A stretch of 64,000 nucleotides of DNA from Psilocybe cubensis (Eukaryota), in the NCBI GenBank assembly GCA_017499595.2, contig CM039007.1, positions 682,001 through 746,000 of the forward strand, given 5' to 3'. Position numbers and translations under genes: made by a program. This document shows positions 22,705-36,937 of the stretch, piece by piece. The notes below the pieces were generated by a model. The model was not told the DNA's origin and did no database searches. It was given only the letters and a program-made list of their open reading frames with translations. Position 1 is the first letter of the stretch. The number at the start of each line of letters is the position of its first letter.

Positions 22705-25700
22705 ATGGCGTATCAGGTTACACAGGCCTCTCTCACCCCATCACGACCGCCGCCGCAAGCCCCTCAACGACGCGGTACGGACAACTCGCAGGGTTACAGC
22801 AGCAACGCTTCTCTTGCTAACTCTGGTTACAACTCGTCGTTCACTTTCACGCCTTCGTCTCCGTCGAGTTCATCCTACAATTCGCCCTATTCAGGGATCG
22901 GAGGTTCTCCAAACCGTGGCCCTGACGATGCGTCTGGTTCGCAGGTGGTTAGAAGTGGCGCTGTCAGCATGAAGGAGGACGCCTTTGGCAACTGGATATT
23001 CCAGAGGAAGTGGCTGGTGCTCAGAGACCAGACACTCTCATTCCACAAAAGCGAGGTGAGTTGTTGATGTTGCCCAGTTTTCTTTCATTGTTTCGTCGGT
23101 ATTGATGGCACTGCTAATCTGTAGTCATCACCTCAACAAATCGTCATATGGCTCCGTGACATTACAAATGTTGAGCGCATAGATATGAAGCCTTATTGTT
23201 TAGCTCTGGAGGCCAAAGATCGAAGATACTTTATTGCTTTGAAGAGCGACGAAGAGCTCTATGGGTGGTTGGACGACGTCTACTCGAGAAGTCCGCTCAT
23301 GGGCGTTAGCAACCCCACCAACTTCGTCCATAAAGTTCACGTTGGGTTCGACCCTCTCTCGGGTGCTTTCACAGTGCGTATTCCGGCCACATCGCAATGT
23401 TGCCAATACTAAACATTCGTACTGCAGGGTATGCCTGAGCAGTGGACGAAATTATTGACGAAGTCAGCAATTACGAGGGAGGATTACGCAAAGGATCCTC
23501 AAGCCGTGCTGGATGTCTTGGAGTTTTACACGGATCATCAGAAAAGGGAACTCGAGGATATGTCGCTCGGTGAGTCCTTCTCTTTTTGGTCTAAGCCGAG
23601 CAGGCATTCTTAAATCCCTATCAGGTGCTCCTGCTCGCTTCAACGCCGGGACAGGCTTCGGCGGTGCGAGTAAATTGAACGACAACGGTCGGCCAGGCAT
23701 CAAACGACAGGAATCGTCACCACCAGGCCTAGGGGGTGACACTGACAATCTTCCCAGTGCGGCCGCACGAGCTGCGGAGCTTGTGAATGGCTCTCATGTC
23801 GCCAGCGCGATATCCACCGTTCAGGGACCACGAGGCCCTCTCCCAAACCCACAGCCTCCTCAAGCGTCGCGCCCAGCGCCTCCTCGACCCCTTATGACAG
23901 GGACTCGGCCTGCACCCCCCACGCCCGGCCAATCAGGCAAAGTTGATTTGACGCCTAATGCTGCCGATCTGCGCGCTCGAGCGAAAGCGCAAGGACCGCC
24001 ACCCAACGCTATACCAGCCAGGAATGACTCATTGCCCGCATTACCTGACCAGACGATCAAGCAGCAGCAGGAGCGTCAGGAACAGCTGTGGCAGCAGGAA
24101 CAACAGCAGCGGCAGCAGGAATCACGGGTGGAGCAATGGCAGAAACAACAGCAGCAACAACAGGAGGAAGACAGGTATCAGCAGCAGCAACAGCAACAGA
24201 AGAATCTGGATTTGCCACGTCCTCAGATCGCTCCATCGAAATCTTCTCCTGCAACGACTTCCCCTGCATCCCAACCCGCGCCGGGCCCTGCTGGCTCTAC
24301 CACCGGTCCACCGCCTGTCCTCCCCTTGCAGCCGTCGAAAAAAATACAAATCCAGGCTCAAGAGAAGCCGGCCAAGTTGGCGGCGAATGGTGGGGTTGCC
24401 GCTGCCGCTGCGGCCTTGGAGAAGCCTAAGGAGAAGGAGAAGAGGATCAGCACGATGACGGAGGTGCAGATCATGGAGAAGCTCCGCCAGGTTGTCAGCG
24501 ACGACGATCCGAAGTTGCTGTACAGCAAGATTAAAAAAGTTGGTCAAGGGTAAGTTTTCTTGTTCTGTCTTTTATGGCCGCCCATTCCGCTCTGTCTTCT
24601 GTTCCCACTCCCCTTTCCCGTGGTGAGCGGTGCCGGAATGACAATCTTCGGGCGGCAGTCTTTCTGACTTGTGAATGATGCTGATGAAAATTTCCTTTCT
24701 TTTACCTATACTTTCGTAATACCCTCTCGTTATTCGGTCATCAGAGCATCTGGACACGTGTACGTTGCCAAAACCCTCTCCACAGGCAAAAAGGTCGCCA
24801 TCAAGGAAATGGATTTGTCTCACCAACCGCGCAAGGAGCTCATCGTCAACGAAATTTTGGTGATGAAGGAATCCCAGCACCCAAATATTGTCAACTTCTT
24901 GGAGTCATATCTCGTTAAGAATAATGAGCTTTGGGTGGTCATGGAATACATGGAAGGTGGTGCTTTAACGGATATCATCGAGAATAACCAGTTGGAGGAG
25001 GATCAAATTTCGAGCATTTGTCTCGAGGTAGGATTGTGCTTTTTTATAAGATATGTGATGCTGATGCAGCGTTCGCGTTAATTTTAGACTTGCAAAGGAC
25101 TTGGACATCTTCACAGTCAAAGTATCATCCATCGTGATATCAAATCCGATAATGTTCTGCTCGACGCTCAAGGCCGAGTTAAAATCAGTACGTTGTGCCC
25201 TATTTTCATACACCACCACCAACTGAACATTCCCTTTTCTGCGTTTCTCTAGCTGATTTCGGGTTCTGCGCTAAATTGACCGACCAAAAGTCAAAGCGCG
25301 CGACAATGGTTGGTACACCATACTGGATGGCACCTGAAGTCGTCAAGCAAAAGGAGTACGGTGCCAAGGTCGACATTTGGTCCCTCGGCATCATGGCTAT
25401 CGAGATGATCGAAAATGAGCCTCCTTACCTAGACGAGGAACCGTTGAAGGCGTTGTATTTGATTGCGACGAACGGGACTCCAACTCTCAAGAAGCCCGAG
25501 GCTCTCAGCCGGGAATTAAAGGGATTTTTGGCGGTTTGTCTGTGTGTGGATGTCGGTAGTCGGGCGACTGCTAATGAATTGCTTGAGGTAAATATTATTA
25601 TTTTAGTAAACCATCTTGAAATTGGAGGCTTACAAAATTTGACAGCACGAATTCTTGAAGAAGGCTTGTGCGCTATCAGGCCTTGCTCCTCTACTACGAT

Positions 25701-25726
25701 TCAAGACCGGGAAGCAGGGTTCATGA
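22705..25726 (+). CDS. CLA4: PAK family Ser/Thr kinase, Cla4 type (PH + CRIB/PBD + polyQ linker + kinase)
   Basis: PH domain ([10 protein letters not shown]...KWLVL); [20 protein letters not shown]; kinase motifs [32 protein letters not shown]; canonical introns. Confidence 0.95.
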
Positions 25727-27532
25727 ACATGATCGCACCTCCCTTTACCTTTCAACTCACTCGGCCCACTATTGTCCTCCTATTCTTACTACTTACCAGC
25801 TTCCATCCCCGCGCGGTCCCTCGTTGCCTTCTGTTGTCCACGTCCTCGTGGTTTCCGCGGATATCTGCTTTATCACAGGTTCTATGATCAGTTCAGCTCA
25901 TTACATGCGTCTGTTAGAAGAAATAATCCTCACCGGGCGTTTCTATATATGCGTTGTGGTGGCACTGTCGCGGCGGCTCTCAAAACATTGTATTTTCCTA
26001 ACCTTTTCCTCTTTTTGTGCCCCATCACTTCGTCACATCGCCCTCATAAACAATTTTATCCTTCTGGTTGCTGCTTGATCCATCCATATCCATTTTTTCT
26101 CTGTGATTCAGTTCTTTTGTAGCCGTCTCTCGCCTTTTTTTGTGTGACTTGAATATTCTTCCCCCCTCAGTACTTCGGTGTTCAGCAAACAACTTTCGCT
26201 TCTCTTCCCGTTCTCTTCCCGCCACACCCACCTCCCTGTTCTCTCCTTTCTTCCTTTCTATCTCTCCTGGTGTCCTTGGGACCTGTTCGGATATCCTTCT
26301 TCAAAACCTATTTCCCCCTTCCTCGTACTTTTTTTTTGTTTCTGTAACTCTCTATATATCCTTTTGTCCCAGCCCTTTTCCTTCCTCTTTCTTTCAAACT
26401 GCAATGTCAATGTAATTTTTTTCTCTCTCAATTCTGGTTCTGGTCCTCGGCTCCGTTGCCCTGCGTTTGTGTTGCTTGGTTGGTGCTCTGAATCTTTATT
26501 TTTCGTCCCATTCTGTCGGTTGTTGGTGGTCAAACTCTCAATGTGCTGGAAGCTGTGGAATATACGTTCCCCCTGTGAGCGGGCAAGGCTCAAGACCACG
26601 TTGTTCAATTTGGGATCCTGGAATCCCCCAATTTCTGCAGGACGGCTCATGTTGAAGTTGATGGCTGGCCCCGAATCTGTAACGTCTGTTTCGCAGTATC
26701 TCTTTCTGGGCCGTCTTTACTGATCTGTATGATGCTAGATGCTGTTGTTGAAAACGGTTCTTGCAAGCAATCCTGACCACTGCCACTGAGCGAAATGATG
26801 TCTGGTGATATAGTTCACTGGTTTGAGTATTCCTTGGGATCTGGAAGCTCACTCTTTACCACTGAAAACTGATGTTATGAGTCTCATCTCTGGGATATCT
26901 GGACCGCCTCTACGGGAAGTTGTTCTAGCGGGAGATGCTACATGGTAGTTCACTGGCGACTGCTGCGAACCTCACAATTGGAAAGGCTGCTGCATCTTTT
27001 GAACAGGCTCTGATGACCTTGCTATTGAACAGTTTGAGGCATGTCATGCACCCTTACTTTACTCAAGTGGCGCTCGACACTCATCTATCCCAAATGTGCA
27101 CCCAAAAAGCAGTTCGGGTGTCATATTGCCACCTTGAATGAGTCGATAACCGTCATAGCGGGATCGATGGCGGGGGCGGCAGAGGAGACAAGCACGCTAC
27201 ACATGTCCTGTCCGCCATCGTTGAGTCGGAAGCGGAGGGAGGCGGCACACAAGACTTATTGGCGAGTAAAGAGAGGCGGAACGGGCTGCAGGAAGCGACG
27301 GACAATTACAAGGTTTGGATGGGCAGTGGCATTACGAGCAGCCTTGTGCTGTTCGTTGGTTGGTCACTGAGTTGGATTCGTCACAGAGACCCACTAAGCA
27401 CTCTCACATTCACCCGTTGTTGATCACCGCGACGTTCCAAGCAAACCCTTGGTTTCTCTACTTGGACGAACTTTGTTTACGGGTGCATTTCTTGTGACCT
27501 AACGTTAACCCATAAGTATACAACTTGGGTGC

Positions 27533-27807
27533 ATTAGAGATTTTAGAACAGGAAAATCAGTGGCCGGAGTTCTATAGACAGACTATCGATGGTTTGATCA
27601 ATGGTTTTCTTACCTAGGAACTAGGAGTGTTGAAGTTTGGAGTTCTAGCTGCACACCTTTCGTGGATTAGAGATTCTAGAACAGGAAAGCTGCAATCCCC
27701 GGAAGCTTATGGACAGACTATTTATGATTTTATAAATGTTGTCCCACTTGTGCCACTAGGAAAGTTGAAGTATGGAATGTTGGACTTAAACCTGCGGGCT
27801 CATTAGG
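27533..27807. repeat. Degenerate ~133-136 bp tandem duplication
   Basis: ATTAGAGATT(T/C)TAGAACAGGAAA...GACAGACTAT...ACTAGGA..GTTGAAGT.TGGA starts at 27533 and 27666; a third ATTAG start lies at 27802. Confidence 0.75.
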
Positions 27808-27987
27808 ACGGTATGGCCAAGTCCAGAAGTTTCTAAATATCTGTTAGCTTATACGAGAAATTTAGGTCGTCTCAGAGGCCACTTCAAGTTATAAAAGACA
27901 CATTTAATCCATTCATCTAATATCCAGTATCTCCAAGCTTGATTTTACCGCCCTTACAGAAGGAACAACACATACAACACATCAAGC

Positions 27988-28651
27988 ATGTTATTAAACA
28001 CCGTCAAGTTGACAGGAGGACTCTCGTTCATATTGTGCTTCTCCTGGGTGAGCGCCGAATCTGGCCCTGGAACGTTAACAGTGCGTTATTCTGTTATGCG
28101 CGATATATAAATTGCCATTCATTTGTTTTAAGCCTTCTAGCAATGTAGAATGCGCAGACCCCAAGCTCACTACACGATACGTTACCCTATTTGACGCCAG
28201 TCGGACTACCCACCTGGTTGGTCGACACTGGCAAGTATTAAACAGCGATAAAAGTGGAGAATGGACCTTCCAAGGAGACACTTTTTGCGCTTGGGCATCC
28301 CCGCAGAACTCTACGAACGCAATGTATCTTTTTTACAACCGGCCCATCACGGACTACCAGTTTCTCCTCTCCTCGAGTGGCTCTGTCCCCGTTTCGAGTG
28401 GACTTGAGAATGAAGGTATCACATCATACGTGTACGCAAACGAAAGGCCAGAGTGCGGAACTGTCCCGTTGTACGCGCTTTCTGCACCAAGTGTTGGCGA
28501 CCATGTGTACACTATTTTTGAGGACGAGAAAGATTTGCTGCTCGCGGGGGGACCTGGGTGGGTTGATGAAGGCATCATTGCTCATGTACTCCCTTTGAAA
28601 CGTATGTCATTCGCATCTAATAAACATATATACTCACCAAGCTCACTGTTA
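27988..28651 (+). CDS. Small, probably secreted DUF5648-like protein
   Basis: Hydrophobic first exon MLLNTVKLTGGLSFILCFSW and intron 28048-28131. Repeated motif CGTVPLYALSAPSVGDHVYT...GWVDEGIIAHVLP. Confidence 0.7.
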
Positions 28652-28929
28652 AGACTGCGCATTCACGTATTGATAATGTCTGGTATTGTGGTCGAAACAA
28701 GAAGGGATTACTGTCTATACTGCGCTCGATAGCGTTGATGTGAACAATGTAGACCACAGACTTCATTCTAAGACTAATCTGCTACCCTGACAAGGAACCG
28801 GTGGTGACCAGGTGACAGATCGATGTGGCACATACCCCGGAGAGGTGCATGTTAACCAGTGAGAGTATATTTGGAGTGGTAATGAACTACGAAAGCAATG
28901 TCGATGAATATGTATGTAGTACATGTAGT

Positions 28930-30000
28930 TTAAATCGTTGATATCTGTGCTTCAAATTTACAAATGAATTTCGATGTCGATAGCGTGGCAGGTCGTGACA
29001 TTGCGAGCATGGATTGAATCAGGAACGCTTTACTTTTCCTTCTTCTCCGCCAGCCAGTCTTTGAAAAATTCATCAAAGTCCGGAGGGCCATCTTCATCTT
29101 CCACCTCCTCAAACTTTTGGTTCACAGGGAAATCGGGTTCGTCGAGAGATATTTCCTTCATCGACGCATCAGCGTCATCTTGCGCGGTGGTCTCTTGTGC
29201 ACCCTCATTCAATAGGATGTCCGAGTTGTTTGTGTCTTGCAGAGTGGTTTCGTCTACGCCTTTGGTGTCGGACGGGCAGATAGCTATATGTGGTACATAG
29301 TGATCGTGGGTGGCATGCCATGCAATCCACCTGTTGAAAAATGAAAGCTGAAGTTGTAGCGGAAAGGAAGTCACGTAAGCCAAAATATCTGGGCAAAATC
29401 CACTTGCACTTGATCCCTCACCCTGAACAGGTCCCCATTCCTAAGATACATCCGAATTGTTGTGCTTTTGAAAGCCATAAACGCCATTTGATTGGGGCTT
29501 TCTGTGCCGTCATCTGACTGAAGAAATAAGCGGTCAGGCATAGTCGTCGCGGCATAAGACGTCAAGATCTTACAGGACTATTGAGGGCATAATGCTGTTC
29601 AGACTTGGAGAAATCTTTGGACTCTTTGCTATTCATTTTTGTGGGCTTGTAATCGTTACATCAGGCTTCAGGTCGTATAAATTGAATCTTACAGTACCTC
29701 TAACGTGGATGCGAGTTATAGATCAGGGATGTGTATTATCAGAATCTTCTGGAACGCTGGTGCTGGTAATGAAAGTAAAAGAACCTGAGGGTTTGAAGGT
29801 CAACAAACTTTCGGTAGTTATAGTCGTATTTTGATTGGCTGCCCGGAATATTCGGCGGGTTTCTTGAGATTCAAATTGGGGATTCAAGTCCTACAAAACA
29901 AAGAATCATCGGTAACAAAGGGCACCGGGGCTGTGACAGCAAGGTCGTGTAGGGCAGGTCAGTTTAATATATTTACACATACAACCCATCGTCTCGTCAC
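28930..30000 (-). pseudogene. Degraded hypothetical gene with acidic C-terminus
   Basis: Short ORFs in shifting frames (MPDRLFL...AFMAFKST; EEVEDEDGPPDFDEFF) with in-frame stops upstream. Confidence 0.35.
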
Positions 30001-33000
30001 TGTTTACAGAATATGGATGACCTGTTGGCCGAGCCAAACTTTAACTTGAAGTATTATGTGCTGGTGCATGTATAGTGATTCGTCCCCTAATGCTTTCAAT
30101 ACTATCTAACCTGAATATCAGTGATGTTAGTGACCTAATAAAAATCCAGAATATAGACATCAAGGACGCATCGACATGTTCCTCCGTGACATTCGGCTAT
30201 GTTGTGACCTCCATAATGATGTCGGAGCTAACAAGTTAATTTCCGCGGAAGGCCGGTTGTTCAACTAGAATCGGCCTTTGATTATTGATAATATAACATC
30301 TTCGAATGCAGCACTCAGAGCTTGACCTGTTCAACTCAAAAGGATCTAATGAGAGGGAAAGCCATGCAAATATATCCCCAGGCACTCAAGGGTATAAGAA
30401 TGGGAGAAGCCGAATTTTGATGCAAGAAGCTTGCCGGTCCATGCCGGATTTGCAAATTGTCACACATGATGGCCGGTGACTCGGGACTTCTGTGGAACGA
30501 CGGTTTAGGGCGTGAATGGTTCCTTTGTCGGTCGCAAGCTGTTGCCACTTCATTTCCAGATCACTATTCCTCCACACCACTATCTCGGACTTTATTTGGC
30601 ACTTGGAGAACTACGTCTATCTTATTAGCATCAACTTCCAGTTATCAAATTTTTCAAATTGGCATTTGCAGAGCGCAATGATTCAGTGTGGATGTCGATC
30701 AACCCAAAGTGTTACATCTTGTCAGAATAAATGGATTGCAGGATAGATCTTCTAAGCATCCCACTCAAGCATTGGAAATCCAGGAAAGAACCAGCCATTA
30801 ACCCCGATTTTCACAAACCGGACCAGATGTTAGACTTCAAATCAAATATCGGATCCCATGGCTGCTTTAGAGCGTACTCAGAGCATGGTGCGCTCTAAGA
30901 GTCCCTGGCCCAGCTAATACAAATTGTCGGCCTATGAGACCAATAAACATTACTCTAAAGATAAATTATGGTCTTTATTTCAAAGAGTCGCTACCAGGTA
31001 TACCCTTACGTATAAATCTAGTCACTTTTGGAGCAATACATGCTTTCGTCATACAACTATCTAGAACAAAGATTGAAGCTCAAATGACCTGTCAACGGCA
31101 TCCGGTGTTGGGAAGAATAAATCGCAGTCTTCCTCTGACTGGATCATCTTCCAGTCGCTGTGCACCTCTTCAGCCCCTCCTACATGAATCTGCAGGCAGA
31201 ATTAGTCAAGTCACTGTGTGTGTAAATGAGATGAACTGACCGCTGATACGCTGGCGTGCGAGGCTTGAGATAATTTCTCGGAATTTTTTCCCGTAGGAGC
31301 AGAGGAATTTGCAGGCGAACCAGTGGCTGTTCTTGCAATTTCTCCGGCCTTCGATGCGCCTCGAGAGTGCCGCTTAGGCTTGGTCGACGTCGAGCTCTTC
31401 TTCATTACTGTTCGAATAAGCTGGTATGATGGATTGAAAAATAAGGAATCAGAATTGTGGGTTGAAATATGGTACATCGCATCCTTGCACTTACATCACA
31501 ATGTGCGCATGATTTATGAAGTTGGGACTGATGCTCAGTACACCGTAAAAGTCCCCTTCGCCACAGGCTGCTGGCTAAGCTGCCATTTTCCTTGAAAGAG
31601 GACATAACGAAAAGGACTTTATGTAATTTGGTAGAGGAGGGAGAGAATGTAGTAAAGCACAGACTGTGGGCCACAGAGTCTGAGTGTTGATGAAGGGCGA
31701 GTTTAGTTAACCTTGCCTCCAGAGTACTGGCGATTTATAGACTAGTAGTCACTACACTACAATGCCACCAAAGAGATTTGAACATACGCGTGATATATAC
31801 TCATTGAGGTGTCACTGCGAGCCATTTCTGGCCTCTTTTTTGAGGGCCAAAGCGTAACCTCGTCTGGATTGGCCCTTTTCCAAAAAAAGAAGTGCCTGTA
31901 CCATATGCCCTTATGGAAATGAAATTCGATGAGCCGACTACTCAATCCGCATTGTTGCAGGATAAAAAAAAGATTCAAACCTAATAGGTCACTGAGCCTC
32001 GATTATTGGACCTAGTATTTTAATGATATAAAACATCATTATCAAAGGGATTGATGGCGAAAACTCAGGCTCTATATTTAGCTGTGATATTTCATCGGCC
32101 TTGGGCTGGCAATTGGAAGAATTTTCGTTGCGCTTTGATAAATGACAATGCGGAGAAGTTGTTATGCATTGTAAATGATGCATGACCTAAGGCATCAAGA
32201 ATTATAACAGGCAATATATATTCTTTTCACTTGATATTACTTACCATTGAGCACGCCCTGCAATGGAATCCAGCACACCAGTCGTCAAAATTCTGCTCTC
32301 TGACAGTCATCAGATAGACAAATTATTATTTTCGACCTAGTGGGGATTGTATAACATGATGTAGTTTGTGAATTCCGAGAAGTTGCAGTTATGATGGCGT
32401 GTCTTGACGGTTTCATGTACGGAAGGTTATTGCCTTCGACGAGTCCAGGGGCTTTAATGGGCGGTCGCGCACGTCACATGGTCGCGTCGCGTTACCCCTA
32501 TGTGGGCAGTCCGAGAATCTGAATCCCAGTGGACGGAGGGAGATTAAGTAAACGATTGGCAAGGGATGGCAAAGTAGGCATGGTTTAATTGAATAATATT
32601 TTTGCATGTTCATTTGGCAATAGAGACCGTCCTTCTCAATGGAAGGAGTGTTCAAATATCCATTTCAATTAATAGTAATAATCAAAACAGTGTACTACAT
32701 AGGTTTACTACACGTCTATTGTACTCAACTACACATTTGATGCTTATGCACGCTTGCCAGTGTCGTGATGCGCTGCCGCAGGAAGACAACAAGACGAAAA
32801 TGATGAGAAAGGAGGAGATGGAGGAGGCGCCAAGGGAGTTCATTGAGGATACTATGGACATTGATCTGCAGGAGATGGATTGCCTCGCCCTGTGACTATG
32901 TCCAATGGGTTTTCATCACAATGAGCGACTAACTTTGAGCATTTTATGCTTGTACATGGAATACTGTAACATCATCTCCACCACTGGAGCACGAATAAAT

Positions 33001-33117
33001 TCCAATAATCAAATTATGTAGATAAAACATGAAGACATTGCCATTACAAAAACATCGAAGTCAATTGCAGCTTTACTGTTGCACCTGGCCTCGTCGATAA
33101 CTCTATCCACCACTACT

Positions 33118-35893
33118 TCACTTTTTCCTAGGTTGCTTGGCTTTGGTTCTGACCTCGCTGGCTACCTCCCTCGAGTCGATATGGTCTTCATCGGATCGAG
33201 GACGCTTACGCTCCGGTTTGCCCACCGCAGATCCTTCTGCCACAAGGCTGCTAAAATTTTTCACCAATAAAGAAAGCTCCGACCAATGCAAGTCTCTTCC
33301 ACTGCTGCCGACTAGGTCCTGAGCTGCGGTCGCCTGCTTGTTGAATATTTTAAACAAAAAGAGGAATCTGTCGTGGATTTTGGCATACGATCCGACATCA
33401 TTGTATGCGCCTTCGCGACCACGCTCGATGTAGTCCTGGTAAAGATCCTCCCTCAAAACGAAGAGTAAAGAGACAAAGGAATAAATCGACTTCGGGGCAT
33501 TAGCTATGATGGATTCTCCGAATGAGGTTTTGGTGATGCAATGGATTCGAGCATTAGAAGGCTTGATCTCGTTTATGAAAATGGCTTTGCCAAAATTCTG
33601 CAGAGATGGTGTCGATTGCTCTGGGTCAAGGCGGCAGCATATGTTCCAGAAAAGAATCCACCATATTGATTCTAAATCATGTTGGAAATTATGGGCGACA
33701 CCGGTCTCTGCAATCGCAGGTGTTTCCTGAGCTTTCCTTTCCAGATTCGCACCTCTCTCCAAGTAGCGCGCTTCTTCAATGTCAAGTGAATTATGTGCAG
33801 GAAACGACGGTGTGCCATGCTCCATTGCAGTTATTCTCTTATCGTGGTCGGAAGAAAAGAGGTAAGACGACATCATCACCTCTAGAGGCATGAAGTACGG
33901 CGTCCCCTAAAAGCAAGGCTCAGCAGAGGATTATTTCGCAATAAAATAACGCGCATACCGTCTTTGGATTTCCAGCACGCTTTGAACCATTTGGCAGAGG
34001 AAATGTCTTGGCATATTCAAGGTCAGAGAGCTTCGCCAGCCACGGCCCCTTGCTCTCCAAATTTTCCTTGAAAGCAAGTATATTTCCAGAACTAATGTCC
34101 CTATGGACCCATCCCGCGCAAAACAAAAGCTGGAGCGCTAGATAAGATACGTAAGGCCTTGCAAATCAAAGATGGGGGAAAACAATTAGCTCACGGATGA
34201 GGGTTTGCGATAGCACATTGACCACTTCTCCAAGGGTTTCGAGCCGTCCAGAAGGTCTACAAATCTCCTTGAAAAGGATGCGATATTGCCTCTTCTGCTC
34301 GCTCGGAATAGCTGGAAGGGCTGGTGGTTGGGAAACAATTCGGTGTGTGTTTACAAACGTCTGATCATTCTGAGACTGCGATTCTTGTGATTTGGTACCA
34401 GTCACCGGAGCATCTGGTGCAAGGTCTTCCTCCGCGTCGAAAAAATCTCTGACTTCAGTTCCTCTTTCTACTCGTATTTTGGTTTTCTGTCCGCTGTAGT
34501 CCAGGACAATCTGAAGAAAGTACTGCTTATAGCTGTCATCGCTAACAATATTTTTGTGAGCTTCTTTGAAGCCTTTTAATTCCGGCGGTTCGTCCGGGCA
34601 ATCCCAAAATTGTTCGATATCGGTAAAAATAGCGTCCTGTATCTCTTTTTCCGTCTTCGCAGAGCTGTCGAGCCACACGTCTTTCAAAACGAGAGGATCT
34701 CCAAACGCTTCGCCGTTTTCCCTGACTTCAACGACTTTATAAACACGTGTCATTTGACCAGTGATGATGTTCGAATGATAGACCGATAGGCCCTCTACGG
34801 TGCGAAAGAGCCGAAACTCGTCGCTTCCCGGTAAACGTGGAAGCTTGAATGTGTAGTTTCCGTCTGGTGCGAGCTTCACCATTGAATCGTAGCCAAGCTC
34901 TTCTTCCGTTGCAAACAAAAATGCAATGAGGATTTGAATGAATAGTTTAGGATTCTATGTGGATTTTGTCAGAAGAATATTCTAAGAATAGGGAAAGCTA
35001 CAGACCGTGGATAAGTTAAAAGGATACGACGCGGCTGAATGTGAACGATCATGATACCACATCGTAACATTATGCCTTTCGGCTGTTATCTGCGTGGTAT
35101 ATCGTGGATGTCAGCTCGGCCATCAGAGAAATGTACAGAAAGCGCACCCCGAAAGTGAACATACGACGTACGTCTTCGTTCATGATCTGAACATTGGAAG
35201 AGACGACATGTAACGCGTTCTACAGTGAGAAAAGATCAGAAGATACACGCGAAAGAATGGTCTTTAGCTGAACTATGGAATGGAACTCACTTGCCGATTG
35301 TGCGACGCAGCGACTTTGTGCCCGACTACAACAGCTATGTCGGTCGTCTGAAGCGGCTTGTCCGTATCGCAGGCTGCAACAAATGCGGCATCGATTTTGT
35401 TGTTGTAGCCTCGGTTGGAGGAAGCTATCCTCTTGTTCGGAATGTTTACGTAGCTGAATTTGTTGCGTTTTCGTTCCCCAGGATATTCGAAATTGCCAAT
35501 GGTCTGTGCAATCTTCTCCCATCCTCGAAAGACGGTGATTTTGCTGTTAGACTGCCGCCCCCGTTTGCTCTGGAGTGGGTAATCTCGAAAAGCGAAAGTT
35601 GTCTCGTTTCCCGTTAATACAGACAACACTGGCCGTGTAGTTACGTCGCTGGAATGAGAAGCATTAACAGCCCCCGTTAAAGTGCCCTGTAAAAGTTGCT
35701 GGACAAAATATTGCGTTTCCTTGTCATTTGGGACAAAAGGCAGGTAAGCTTTCATGAAGCTCTCGACAGGGCATCTGATGAACTTGAATTCGCTATCCAT
35801 TTCCCTGACAATATGCTGCTGCCGACGCTGCACGATACCGATATGCTCAAGCTGTGCAGAATTTCTATAGCTTCGCAGGGTTTCGGGACTCTG
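33118..35893 (-). CDS. Fungal-type protein kinase (FunK1 / Pkinase_fungal family), multi-exon; start uncertain
   Basis: FATEEELGYD, VLKDVW, GWVHRDISSGNIL, LSDLEYAK, T|GTPYFMPLEV, HNFQHDLESIWWI. Confidence 0.88.
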
Positions 35894-36937
35894 TAAAACT
35901 GAGTATCAGTCAATGGTAGACCTAAAAAACACTGAAAATATGCACACACGAGACTTGTTTTTCCTTGGTTTGGTCTATATTCGTACTAGTTGAGAAGATG
36001 GTAGATGATTAATCTTCAAGAACGCGCGGGATTCATCTCAAGGTTTCAACAGAGGCTTGGCGGTGCCTTCCCTCGGCCCGGGGCTGTTGCATCAATTTCT
36101 CACGGCCCACCCCTTTTGAGTTATACACTTAGACCGTGTACTCACTTGCCCACAAGCTACGTGTGTTGTACTCGTGTTCCATTGGCGTACAAACAACTTA
36201 TCAGAGACCTTTCGGTCAACAATTTCATGTGGTCTTGACCCCTCGTTTCCTTTGTCAAGACAACATTTGATTTTCATTAAGCTCCCCAAGGCAAATCTAC
36301 CTCCTAAACGCGGCCAATACGAAAAGGCATGTAGTCTTTTTTCTCTTTTTGATCGGACACGTAAGCTTTTAATGAATATTATTCTGAGGAGAGAGCCTTC
36401 TGAATAGCCCATGCTCTCTAGATATTCAATTTTAACAGTCACTTACGGTGACTGGGACCATTCAGAAGTGGTCATGAGCGCTGCCCCAATCTGTTTATGT
36501 TAAACATTCATTATTACCTTTATATGTAGTCGACAGAGCATAAATTACATAGGCATGTCGTCTATTCCAATTTTATCTATCTATATATATTTACCAACAG
36601 GACCCCCTTCAGAAGCTTCTTGCCTTCTCCATTGTGCGAGACACCTGACATCTGATCAGTCAATTTTTTTCCGAAGTTGTTGCTTTCACAATGTTGAAAG
36701 GAAACCCGACGAACTGAGGTAAAGACCTCATTGGGATATTATTGTGGCTGTTCTGCTTACCTCCAAGGCATAATTGTTGGGAAACTTGATGTAAACTGCG
36801 CATATATATGTACTAATCGTCCTGCTACATATGAAGAATAACAGATCAATTTTGTCTGTAGACGTAGATTGTGAGTCGTCTTCTGTCCATTCCCTCTTAG
36901 TGACTTTAGTCTGAGTGTTTTCTCCTAGCTCCTTGCA

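Noticed and set aside
24061-24200. CAG-rich repeat and overlapping antisense ORFs
   Set aside because: Ordinary polyQ linker of CLA4; the other frames are shadows.
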